15,232 nt of DNA from Alphaproteobacteria bacterium (GCA_965261975.1 CBDHEC010000009.1:1-15232); one strand, 5' to 3'. Counted from the stretch's first letter, positions 1-7,756 are shown. Numbers and translations: made by a program. The notes: a model not told the origin generated them from the sequence alone.

Positions 1-1
1 C

Positions 2-847
2 ACGACGGAGTTTGTCCGCGTCTCCGGCGTAATCGATTCGAGCCTCTTCGTGAACGGACGCAATGCCGGCATTCCGATCTCGGTTCTGATCGAACTAATC
101 CGGATCTACAGTTTCGATGTCGATTTTCAACGCGACCTCTGGAATGGCGATGCCTTCGAGATCATGTTCGAACGCCAGCGCGATGAAGACGATCGCGTCG
201 TTAACAATGGTGAGATCCACTACGCCAAACTCACCTTGCGCGGGACCAACCTCCCCTTCTATCGGTTCGAGACGTCGAAGGGGACGATCGACTATTTCAA
301 CGAGAAGGGCGAGAGCGTGCGCAAGGCGCTGATGAAGACGCCGCTCGATGGAGCACGCCTGTCGTCACGCTTCGGTAACCGCAAACACCCGATTCTCGGA
401 TATACCCGCCTTCATGCCGGCGTGGATTTCGCCGCACCGACCGGGACTCCGATCTACGCCGCCGGCGACGGCACCGTCGAGGTGGCGAGAACCAATGGCG
501 GCTACGGCAAGTACATCCGCGTTCGCCATAACGGCACCTACTCCACCGCCTATGCCCATCTGAACGGCTATGCGCGCGGCGTGAAGTCGGGCAAGCGCGT
601 ACGCCAGGGCCAGGTCATCGGATATGTCGGGACGACCGGCCGGTCGACTGGCCCGCACCTGCACTATGAGATTCACCGCGACGGCAAGCCGATCAACCCG
701 CTGGGGCTGAAGCTGCCGAGCGGGGAAAAGCTCAAAGGTGACCGGCTCGCGGCGTTCCAGAGCCTTCGCGAGACGGTGGATGCACGCTTCGCGTCTCTCG
801 CAGCACCGGCCCTGACGGCGGATAGCGGAAAAACGCTTACGGATTGA
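2..847 (+). CDS. M23 family zinc metallopeptidase (peptidoglycan DD-endopeptidase, MepM-like), 5' truncated by window edge
   Basis: Frame is open from position 2 (TTEFVRVSGVIDSSLF...). It has the intact M23 zinc motifs HxxxD (HAGVD) and HxH (GPHLHYE), plus GYG...Y.HL and GQVIGYVG.TG.STGPH, and the upstream 'IYSFDVDFQRD' segment typical of alphaproteobacterial MepM-like proteins. Confidence 0.93.
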   Translation, partial: TTEFVRVSGVIDSSLFVNGRNAGIPISVLIELIRIYSFDVDFQRDLWNGDAFEIMFERQRDEDDRVVNNGEIHYAKLTLRGTNLPFYRFETSKGTIDYFNEKGESVRKALMKTPLDGARLSSRFGNRKHPILGYTRLHAGVDFAAPTGTPIYAAGDGTVEVARTNGGYGKYIRVRHNGTYSTAYAHLNGYARGVKSGKRVRQGQVIGYVGTTGRSTGPHLHYEIHRDGKPINPLGLKLPSGEKLKGDRLAAFQSLRETVDARFASLAAPALTADSGKTLTD

Positions 848-1604
848 GTTCCTGATAGGTCGCACGGGCCAGGCCCAGCAAGCGGTCCCGCTCGCCCCGT
901 CCGATCAGCACATAGGCCAGCGGTCCGTCCTTCCACCAAAACGCCGAGACGTCGTCATATTCAGTGAACCGGAAGGCCGTCTCGCCACCGGCCAGGTTCT
1001 GCTCGACATAGAGCGTCAGCCGCTCACCGGATTCCGCTTCATACATGAACTGCGCCGCCGGCCCGGATTCCGATGCCGGCAAGAGGCGGCCGCCGACCAG
1101 GCGATAACCCTCGCCATCCAGGTTGGGCGCGCGCAAGGGCGCATCCAGACGTTTCGAGAGCCACGCCACCAGATGAGCTTCCTCGCTCGCCGGGACTTCA
1201 ACGGCATGGCGCACCTCGCGCGAATACATCTGATGCGCTTTCACAGCACCACGCGCGAGCGTGACATTCGGATCGACGCCCGGCCCCACGGCCTCATTCG
1301 CAAACCAACCGCCGGCCGCGCCCACGGCGATGAGAGCGATCATGGCGGCAACGCGCCAGGCCGGACTGCGGGCCACGGCCGGCGCGCCGACATTCTGGAA
1401 GCGCGCGGGGATCGGACGCTCCGAGAGCGGCCCGTAAACCCGTTCGATAGTGCCGGATATCTCGCGCAGATCAGCAACCCGCGACGCCTCGTCGGGATTC
1501 TCCGAAAGCCAGTCCTCCACCTCGGCACGCCGGCCGGGATCGAGGCGGCCGTCGACCAGCGCCTGTATCTCGTCTTCGGTTGGCATTTCGGGAAGATCAC
1601 TCAC
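837..1604 (-). CDS. Transmembrane anti-sigma factor (PrtR/COG5662-like)
   Basis: N-terminal anti-sigma domain (EDEIQALVDGRL...EVEDWL..NP), one TM helix (WRVAAMIALIAVGAAGGWF) and a periplasmic part 'HLVAWLSKRL..PLRAPNL...GYRLVGGRLLP...AAQFMYE...GERLTLYV'. The likely start is GTG at 1604, overlapping the sigma stop (GTGA) with GGAG upstream; the ORF-track start at 1640 is probably too long. Confidence 0.88.
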   Translation of the reverse strand: MSDLPEMPTEDEIQALVDGRLDPGRRAEVEDWLSENPDEASRVADLREISGTIERVYGPLSERPIPARFQNVGAPAVARSPAWRVAAMIALIAVGAAGGWFANEAVGPGVDPNVTLARGAVKAHQMYSREVRHAVEVPASEEAHLVAWLSKRLDAPLRAPNLDGEGYRLVGGRLLPASESGPAAQFMYEAESGERLTLYVEQNLAGGETAFRFTEYDDVSAFWWKDGPLAYVLIGRGERDRLLGLARATYQELNP

Positions 1605-2116
1605 GTTTTTCTCCGTCCACTCTCTCGTGTTTCCCCCCAACTCGCCGCGCGTACTTTCTCACGCGCGCGCGACAGACGAGACATCACCGTTCCGATTGGA
1701 ACCCCCGTGATGTCCGCCGTTTCGTCGTAGCTGAAGCCCTCCATCGTCACCAGCAACAGGGTCTGGCGCTGGGTGTCGGGCAGTTCCTGGATGGCCGCGG
1801 TCACCTCACGGAGCCTGATCCGGTCCGCCTGGTTCGGTGGCACCGCCATCGCGGGAAAATAATCCTGAATCTCGACAACATCCGGTCGCGCCACGGCCCG
1901 CGCCACGTCATTGACGTAGATATTGTGCAAGATGGTGAACAGCCAGCCACGCAGATTGTCGGGGCGTCGCCAGAGATGCCAGCGGCTCATCGCACGTTCG
2001 AGGCAGTCCTGTACCAGATCGTCTTCCCGCGGCTCGTCGTGACGCAACAGCACCAGCGCGTAACGACGCAGGCTGGGTATATGCGTTTCGACAAGCTCGA
2101 ACGTTCTGTGGTTCAT
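1601..2116 (-). CDS. ECF RNA polymerase sigma factor (ECF26/PrtI-like)
   Basis: Sigma region 2 (IPSLRRYAL...DDLVQDCLERA...LRGWLFTILHN) and region 4 (LPDTQRQTLLLVTMEGFSYDETA.ITGVPIGTVMSRLSRAR). ATG at 2116 is preceded by GGCGGAG. The 55-codon upstream extension in the ORF track does not look like a sigma sequence. The group assignment is inferred from the paired anti-sigma type. Confidence 0.92.
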   Translation of the reverse strand: MNHRTFELVETHIPSLRRYALVLLRHDEPREDDLVQDCLERAMSRWHLWRRPDNLRGWLFTILHNIYVNDVARAVARPDVVEIQDYFPAMAVPPNQADRIRLREVTAAIQELPDTQRQTLLLVTMEGFSYDETADITGVPIGTVMSRLSRAREKVRAASWGETRESGRRKT

Positions 2117-2160
2117 ACCTGTTCTCCGCCCCCTTTTATACGACACCGACACACGAATGC

Positions 2161-2202
2161 GGCGGCGGACGGTGAAAATGAGGGACTTCACCGTTCGCCG
2201 CC
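2161..2202. repeat. 16-bp inverted repeat (strong hairpin; possible terminator or attenuator stem)
   Basis: GGCGGCGGACGGTGAA-(10 nt)-TTCACCGTTCGCCGCC, 15/16 complementary. It is followed by TTT on the + strand but has no U-tract on the - strand. Confidence 0.7.
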
Positions 2203-2390
2203 TTTCGGGGGTTTTTGCCGGCAAGTTCAGCGCGCCCGGGGACGGTGAGGCAGGGGACTTGGGGATCAGGTCCCGGGCCATCCCATGGGCTGACTCAGAA
2301 GAATCGCCGGATGACCGCGCACGCGAGGTGATTCCGGCTTCCCGGCGCCACCCGGCACACAGTCACCCGACCGCCTACTTGCCTAGGCAC
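2161..2390 (-). ncRNA. Candidate structured sRNA or 5' leader of the ECF sigma operon
   Basis: Lies just downstream of an ECF-like promoter and has five visible stems: 2373-2388; 2287-2295/2361-2368; 2306-2311/2333-2338; 2234-2243/2270-2278; 2161-2176/2187-2202. Two loop regions share AAGUCCC. I recognise no known RNA family. Confidence 0.4.
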
Positions 2391-2396
2391 CCCATC

Positions 2397-2421
2397 AACA
2401 GGTGGATCGCGGGTTTATTCC
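2397..2421 (-). promoter_or_regulatory. Putative autoregulated ECF sigma promoter
   Basis: Minus strand reads GGAATAAA-N14-GTT, resembling the motif I recall for ECF26-type promoters. It has an AT-rich upstream tract and points at the ECF/anti-sigma pair. Confidence 0.6.
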
Positions 2422-2455
2422 CGGGCAAAACCCGGTAATCGAAGAAATAATTGAG

Positions 2456-3484
2456 TTAGCGCAGCGTCAGATAGAACAACAGCCGCATCAACGCCGTCTG
2501 GTCGATCGGCGCAACCAGCCCCGGTGAGACGATACCGGTATGATCGAGCCCTTCCAGGGTGACCGACCTGGGACAGATATCAATTGCCGAGCGAACAGGC
2601 ACCAGGCCATCGCTCGGGACACCATTTTCATGCATCCAGATCAACGTCGGGTAGCTCCACGACGTCGGCCGCGCGAAACTGCCCGGATCGGACACATAGG
2701 TCGCCACGCAGAGCATCGGTACCGTTTCGAGCACCGCCGCAATCTCGCTTCTGTTGTCTTCGAGATAGGCTTGGCGCGTCGTGGTCGTGAGATCGATCAG
2801 CGATTCACCCCGTCCGCCCAGAACCGACAACACGGCATCCATCAGCTCCGGCAACCCGGAGACGTCACGCGCCAGGTCGGCAACGGGTGAGCCGTTAAAC
2901 GGCGCCTGCATAGCGACCCAGCATTGCACGCGTTCGCGCTGTTCGGGGGTCGCGCGTCGCAGATATTCCATCACATCGAGCCCACCCTTGCTGTGGGTCA
3001 CGAAGCAGATCGGGGTTGTGGTGTCTCCGACGATCCGAGCGAGCCTGTCGGCGTTCGCAGCAACCGTATCTTCGGTCTCGATCTCGGCAATCTCGGCGTC
3101 GATGCCTTCTTCGGCCAGCCAATTGTAGATCCCGGCCATATAACCGAGGCCATCTCCAAGATTGACCGACGGGATGACAGCGTCGCTCAGATAGGAGGGT
3201 ACGAAAATGACGCGCATGCCATCAAACCGGCCACGGATCTCGTCAAATCGAGGCTCAACCCTCGACGCACTCAGCTGATCATCAACCAGAAATTTCCCGA
3301 GGCGACCGTTCTGGTCGCCCGCCACATCGGGAAGCCCCGGCGGCGGCATCGCGACTTCGTGCCGCTGCTGCGCACCGGCTGCAAAGAAGTAGCCCACGAC
3401 GGCCACGACGACGAGCAACGGCACGACAATCAACAACCCGCCACGAGCAAGCCATCGACGCCAAAACGGGGTTCGTCCGGCCAC
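2456..3484 (-). CDS. Membrane-anchored or exported alpha/beta-hydrolase (lipase/esterase-like)
   Basis: Basic N-terminus plus a long hydrophobic helix. Nucleophile elbow THSKGG (GxSxG variant), 'QAPFNGSPVAD', catalytic Asp in SDGLVP and His in GLDH. GGAGGT RBS upstream of the GTG start. Confidence 0.8.
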   Translation of the reverse strand: MAGRTPFWRRWLARGGLLIVVPLLVVVAVVGYFFAAGAQQRHEVAMPPPGLPDVAGDQNGRLGKFLVDDQLSASRVEPRFDEIRGRFDGMRVIFVPSYLSDAVIPSVNLGDGLGYMAGIYNWLAEEGIDAEIAEIETEDTVAANADRLARIVGDTTTPICFVTHSKGGLDVMEYLRRATPEQRERVQCWVAMQAPFNGSPVADLARDVSGLPELMDAVLSVLGGRGESLIDLTTTTRQAYLEDNRSEIAAVLETVPMLCVATYVSDPGSFARPTSWSYPTLIWMHENGVPSDGLVPVRSAIDICPRSVTLEGLDHTGIVSPGLVAPIDQTALMRLLFYLTLR

Positions 3485-3527
3485 CTGTCACACCTCCACA
3501 GTTGCTGCGCGGCGTGTTGGCCGTCCG

Positions 3528-6125
3528 TTAGGCTGCTTCAGCCTGCACGACCTCGCCATTGATCAACAATCCATCCGGTCCTGCCGATACCCTCACAGTG
3601 TCGCCGTCAACGATCATGCCTTCAAGCAACATTGTCGCCAGCGAATTCTGGAGATGCCGCTGGATAACCCGCTTGAGCGGCCGCGCCCCGTAGACCGGAT
3701 CGTATCCCGCATTCGCCAACCAGGAATTGGCCGCATCATCCAGCTCCAGGCCGATTTTTCGGTCCTCCAGCAACTGCCGGAGATGGGACAGCTGGATATC
3801 CACGATGCCGGTCATCTGCTCGCGCGTCAGACGATGGAACAACAGAACCTCGTCGAGCCGGTTGAGAAATTCCGGCCGGAAGGCGCCACGCACGACCTCC
3901 ATGACCGCCTCGCGAACCCGATCGGTATCCTCGCCATCGGGCTGGTTGGCGAGATGCTCGCTACCCAGATTCGATGTCAGGATGATCAGGGTATTCTTGA
4001 AGTCGACCGTGCGCCCCTGCCCGTCCGTCAGACGGCCATCGTCTAGCACCTGCAACAGAACGTTGAAGACGTCCGGATGGGCCTTCTCGATCTCATCGAA
4101 CAGGATGACCTGATAGGGCCGGCGCCGAACGGCCTCGGTCAGGACGCCGCCTTCTTCATAGCCGACATACCCCGGCGGGGCGCCGATGAGCCGGGCCACC
4201 GCATGCTTCTCCATGAATTCGGACATATCCACGCGCACCATCGCGTGCTCGTCATCGAACATGAATTCCGCAAGTGCCTTGGTGAGCTCGGTCTTGCCCA
4301 CGCCCGTCGGGCCGAGAAACAGGAACGAGCCGATCGGCTGGTCCGGGTCCTGCAATCCGGCACGCGCGCGGCGTACCGCATTGGAAATCGCACCGATGGC
4401 CTCGCCCTGCCCGATCACGCGTGATCCGAGCATGGCTTCCATTTCGAGCAGCCGCTCGCGCTCGCCTTCGAGCATCTTGTCTACCGGCACGCCCGTCCAG
4501 CGTGAGACCACGCCCGCGATATGGGAATCCGTCACTTCTTCGTCGAGCATGTTGCCGTCGGGTGCTTCATCAGCCTCGACCACGGCGCGCTCGAGATCCG
4601 GAATACGCCCGTACGCCAGCTCACCCGCGCGCTCCAGGTTTCCGACCCGCTGCGCCTGCTCCAGCTCCAGCCGCGCGGCATCGAGCTGTTCCTTGATCTT
4701 CTGGGTGCCGGCGAGTTTTTCCTTTTCCGCCTGCCAGACGAATGTGAGATCCGCCGACCTGGCTTCCAGTTCACCGAGCTCGTCGTCCAGCACCTCCAGC
4801 CGATCCGCCGATGCGCTGTCGCTTTCCTTCTTCAGCGCCTCGCGCTCGATCTTGAGCTGGATGATACGGCGATCCAGTTCATCGATCTCCTCAGGCTTGG
4901 AATCGACTTCCATCCGCAGGCGCGACGCCGCCTCATCGACAAGATCGATGGCCTTGTCGGGCAGGAACCGATCGGTGATGTAGCGGTTGGAAAGCGTCGC
5001 GGCCGAGACCAGTGCGGAATCCGTAATCCGCACGCCGTGGTGCAACTCATACTTCTCCTTGAGACCGCGCAGGATGGAGATCGTATCCGCCACATTGGGT
5101 TCGGAGACGAAGACCGGCTGGAATCGCCGCGCGAGTGCCGCATCCTTCTCTACATGCTTGCGATACTCATCGAGCGTCGTCGCGCCCACGCAATGCAATT
5201 CACCGCGCGCCAGCGCTGGCTTGAGCATGTTGGAAGCGTCCATTGACCCTTCGGCGGCACCGGCCCCGACGATCGTGTGCATCTCGTCGATGAACAGCAC
5301 GATTTCGCCCGCGGCTGCGCCAACCTCCTCGAGGACGGCCTTCAAGCGTTCCTCGAACTCACCGCGGAACTTCGCCCCGGCGATAAGCGCACCCATATCG
5401 AGCGACAACAGGCGTTTCTCGCGCAGGCTTTCGGGCACATCGCCGTTGATGATGCGCAGTGCAAGCCCTTCCACGATGGCCGTCTTGCCGACGCCCGGTT
5501 CGCCGATCAACACCGGGTTGTTCTTCGTGCGTCGTGCCAGCACCTGGATCGTGCGACGAATTTCCTCATCGCGCCCGATGACAGGGTCGAGCTTGCCGTC
5601 GCGGGCCGCCTCTGTCAGATCGCGGGTATATTTGGCGAGCGCCTCATAGGCGTTTTCCGCCGTCGCGCTGTCGGCCGTCCGGCCCTTGCGCAATGCGTTG
5701 ATCGCTTCGTTCAACGACTGCGGGGTAACATTCGCGTCGGCCAAAATTTGTGCCGCGCTAGTCCCGGTCGCCAGGGCAACGGCCAGCAACAACCTCTCGA
5801 CCGTGACGAAGCTGTCGCCCGCCTTGTCGGCGACATCCTGCGCGTCGCTCAGGATGCGACTCGCTTCCTTCGACAGGTACAGCTGACCCGCTCCGTCGCC
5901 TTCAACCTTCGGCAATTTGTCGAGCACCAGCTCGACAGCCTGCTCCGCGCGTGCGGGATCACCGCCGGCGGTGCGAATAAGGTTGGCGCACAAGCCTTCC
6001 TCATCATCGAGCAGGGACTTCAACAGATGCTCAGGCACCAGCTGCTGATGCGCACTGCGTTGCGCCAGGTCCTGAGCGACCTGAACGAATCCGCGCGCGC
6101 GTTCGGTATATTTCTCGAAGTTCAT
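3528..6125 (-). CDS. clpB: ATP-dependent disaggregase ClpB
   Basis: 865 aa with two Walker A motifs ([16 protein letters not shown]), pore loops GAKFRG and PPGYVG, a coiled-coil middle domain ([15 protein letters not shown]...ELAYGRIP) and GARPLKR sensor 2. GAGGAG RBS. Confidence 0.98.
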   Translation of the reverse strand: MNFEKYTERARGFVQVAQDLAQRSAHQQLVPEHLLKSLLDDEEGLCANLIRTAGGDPARAEQAVELVLDKLPKVEGDGAGQLYLSKEASRILSDAQDVADKAGDSFVTVERLLLAVALATGTSAAQILADANVTPQSLNEAINALRKGRTADSATAENAYEALAKYTRDLTEAARDGKLDPVIGRDEEIRRTIQVLARRTKNNPVLIGEPGVGKTAIVEGLALRIINGDVPESLREKRLLSLDMGALIAGAKFRGEFEERLKAVLEEVGAAAGEIVLFIDEMHTIVGAGAAEGSMDASNMLKPALARGELHCVGATTLDEYRKHVEKDAALARRFQPVFVSEPNVADTISILRGLKEKYELHHGVRITDSALVSAATLSNRYITDRFLPDKAIDLVDEAASRLRMEVDSKPEEIDELDRRIIQLKIEREALKKESDSASADRLEVLDDELGELEARSADLTFVWQAEKEKLAGTQKIKEQLDAARLELEQAQRVGNLERAGELAYGRIPDLERAVVEADEAPDGNMLDEEVTDSHIAGVVSRWTGVPVDKMLEGERERLLEMEAMLGSRVIGQGEAIGAISNAVRRARAGLQDPDQPIGSFLFLGPTGVGKTELTKALAEFMFDDEHAMVRVDMSEFMEKHAVARLIGAPPGYVGYEEGGVLTEAVRRRPYQVILFDEIEKAHPDVFNVLLQVLDDGRLTDGQGRTVDFKNTLIILTSNLGSEHLANQPDGEDTDRVREAVMEVVRGAFRPEFLNRLDEVLLFHRLTREQMTGIVDIQLSHLRQLLEDRKIGLELDDAANSWLANAGYDPVYGARPLKRVIQRHLQNSLATMLLEGMIVDGDTVRVSAGPDGLLINGEVVQAEAA

Positions 6126-6250
6126 GTTCTACTCCTCGAACAACCCCCTCGTGTGAGGCGGGCATGGACGGCGAACCCGAATTCGGCATTCACCACAAGG
6201 ACACGCTGGCGGCCCGCCATCTCGATGCACGAGCCAATCCGCGTCCTTGA

Positions 6251-6279
6251 AATATGGTGTTGCCACGGCGCAACACAAG
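6251..6279 (-). promoter_or_regulatory. Putative RpoH (sigma32) promoter of clpB
   Basis: Minus strand CTTGTG-N16-CCATATT, close to the alphaproteobacterial RpoH consensus CTTGAA-N15/16-CC(T/A)TAT, about 125 nt upstream of the clpB ATG. Confidence 0.6.
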
Positions 6280-6327
6280 ACCCATGTCCCGGTTCCGGGA
6301 CGCCTTTTCGTCAGGAACCTTCGCAAT

Positions 6328-7089
6328 ATGGATGCAAGTATCTCAGAAATTCGTAGCTACCCCGTTAAGGGCCTATCGGGCCAAATATGGGCCCACGCGA
6401 TCCTCAAAAAGGGGCAAACAATCGCGGGAGACCGCCGGTTTGCACTCGGTCGGCCTGGATTTGCATTCGATACGGACAATCCGGCCTGGATGCCCAAAAC
6501 CAACTTTCTGGCCCTGGTTCGCGACGAAAAACTGGCGGAGCTGGATGCCGGTTTCGACGGCAGCACGAACTTGCTCACCCTGCGGCATGACGCGCGAATC
6601 GCCCTCACCGCGGACCTATCAAGCCCCGGCGGCCGATCGGATGTAGAAGCGTTCTTTGCCGCGTTTCTCGCCGACGAGATCGACGGCCAGCCGACCCTGC
6701 TCGAGGCCGGCGAACACAGCTTCTCCGATCTCGACGCCAAGGTCATCTCGCTCATCAATCTCAACAGCGTCACGGCATTGGGAGAGGCAATCGGCGCGGA
6801 TGTCGACGCGCGGCGGTTTCGCGCGAACGTCTATTTCGAAGACGCACCCGCCTGGGCAGAATTCGACTGGCTGGATTGCAAAATCCGGATCGGCAGCGCC
6901 GTCGCCGAGGTCATCAAGCGCACCCGGCGATGCGCCGCGACCAACGTCAATCCGGACACGGCCACGCGGGACATGAACCTGCCTCGCGCCCTGCACCAGG
7001 GATGGGGACATGCGGATATGGGCGTTTATGCACGTGTCGTCGAGCCCGGCGAAATTCGTCCGGGCGATCCGATTTTTCCGATGTCATGA
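6328..7089 (+). CDS. MOSC domain-containing protein (YcbX/mARC-like molybdenum cofactor protein)
   Basis: N-terminal 'I.SYPVKGLSG', 'GDRRFAL', 'SLINLNSV..L', 'RRFRANV' and the conserved Cys in 'RRCAATNVNP'. The ATG at 6328 fits the family N-terminus better than 6247. Confidence 0.9.
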   Translation: MDASISEIRSYPVKGLSGQIWAHAILKKGQTIAGDRRFALGRPGFAFDTDNPAWMPKTNFLALVRDEKLAELDAGFDGSTNLLTLRHDARIALTADLSSPGGRSDVEAFFAAFLADEIDGQPTLLEAGEHSFSDLDAKVISLINLNSVTALGEAIGADVDARRFRANVYFEDAPAWAEFDWLDCKIRIGSAVAEVIKRTRRCAATNVNPDTATRDMNLPRALHQGWGHADMGVYARVVEPGEIRPGDPIFPMS

Positions 7090-7090
7090 T

Positions 7091-7107
7091 CGACCGGGCT
7101 CCGGTCG
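7091..7107. terminator. Short GC hairpin between convergent MOSC and DUF4167 genes
   Basis: CGACCGG-gct-CCGGTCG in the 28-nt gap. No U-tract, so terminator function is uncertain. Confidence 0.3.
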
Positions 7108-7117
7108 GCATGAACGG

Positions 7118-7756
7118 CTAGGCCGTCGCGGCCTCGCCGTCGTCGCCACCGGCATCACCGTCATCAGATTTGCCCGCCGGTTCCTCGGCCACATTACCAT
7201 CGGCATCTGCGTTGCTGTCGGCGGCGGCCGCTCGGCCATTGCCACGACGCGAGCGCCGCTTGCGACCGTTCGGACGCGAACCGGAATCGTCGGACTTCGC
7301 GGCCTTCTCGTCCTGCGACGAACCGTCGGCGGAGTCACCGTCAGAACCTGAATCCTCGGCCTGGAGGTTTTCAACGAATGACCCGTGTCCATCGCCGGAA
7401 TCGCGGTTCGATTCACGGTTCGTGTCGCGCGGCGGGTCATTACGCGATGAATCATCGCGAGAGCCCTCGTCGCGCGCGCCTTCTTCGGACGCGTTGCGTT
7501 GTTCGTTCTTGGCGGCGGCGGCAGCCATCAGCCGGTAGTAATGCTCTGCATGCTGCAGATAATTCTCCGCCCCGACGCGATCACCGGCCGAAGCCGCATC
7601 GCGCGCCAGTTGCTGATATTTCTCATATATCTGCGACGGGTTCCCGCGCACGCGCGCGCCAGGGCCGTTGCTGTCATATGTCTGGTTTCGGGAATTGCCG
7701 GACTTGCGTCCGCCGCGGCCCCGTGCCCGCCTGTTGTTATTCGAGTTTGGTCGCAT
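7118..7756 (-). CDS. DUF4167 domain-containing protein
   Basis: Conserved 'YDSNGP...VRG.P.QI.EKY.QLARDA..AGDRV.AENYLQHAEHYYR' followed by a disordered acidic tail, in the usual position downstream of prmC. Confidence 0.9.
   Translation of the reverse strand: MRPNSNNNRRARGRGGRKSGNSRNQTYDSNGPGARVRGNPSQIYEKYQQLARDAASAGDRVGAENYLQHAEHYYRLMAAAAAKNEQRNASEEGARDEGSRDDSSRNDPPRDTNRESNRDSGDGHGSFVENLQAEDSGSDGDSADGSSQDEKAAKSDDSGSRPNGRKRRSRRGNGRAAAADSNADADGNVAEEPAGKSDDGDAGGDDGEAATA

Noticed and set aside
2117-2281. 55-aa N-terminal extension of the ECF sigma factor
   Set aside because: No RBS at 2281, the peptide is not sigma-like and it crosses strong hairpins; ATG 2116 has a good RBS and gives a normal ECF length.
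2260-2370. Cobalamin riboswitch or SRP RNA resemblance (ACUGU, GGGAAG, GACCUG on -; TCAGGTCC on +)
   Set aside because: The cobalamin core (GGGAA..GGUG..AA.CC..GCCCCCGC) and the SRP GGAAGGAAGCAGC loop are missing, and the gene context does not fit.
2157-2438. 93-aa + strand ORF in the ECF upstream gap
   Set aside because: No clear RBS, Arg/Pro-rich composition typical of spurious ORFs, and antisense to the predicted promoter.
3440-3484. Twin-arginine (Tat) signal in the hydrolase (FWRRWL)
   Set aside because: Poor match to S/T-R-R-x-F-L-K, and the long, strongly hydrophobic helix looks more like a Sec-type membrane anchor.
6126-6327. CIRCE/HrcA or HAIR operator and small ORF 6129-6326 upstream of clpB
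   Set aside because: No consensus match; the small ORF spans the promoter and has no RBS or coding signature.
7140-7520. Repeat-like or CRISPR-like low-complexity DNA
   Set aside because: Explained by the Asp/Gly/Ser/Ala-rich disordered tail of DUF4167; no regular repeat-spacer periodicity.
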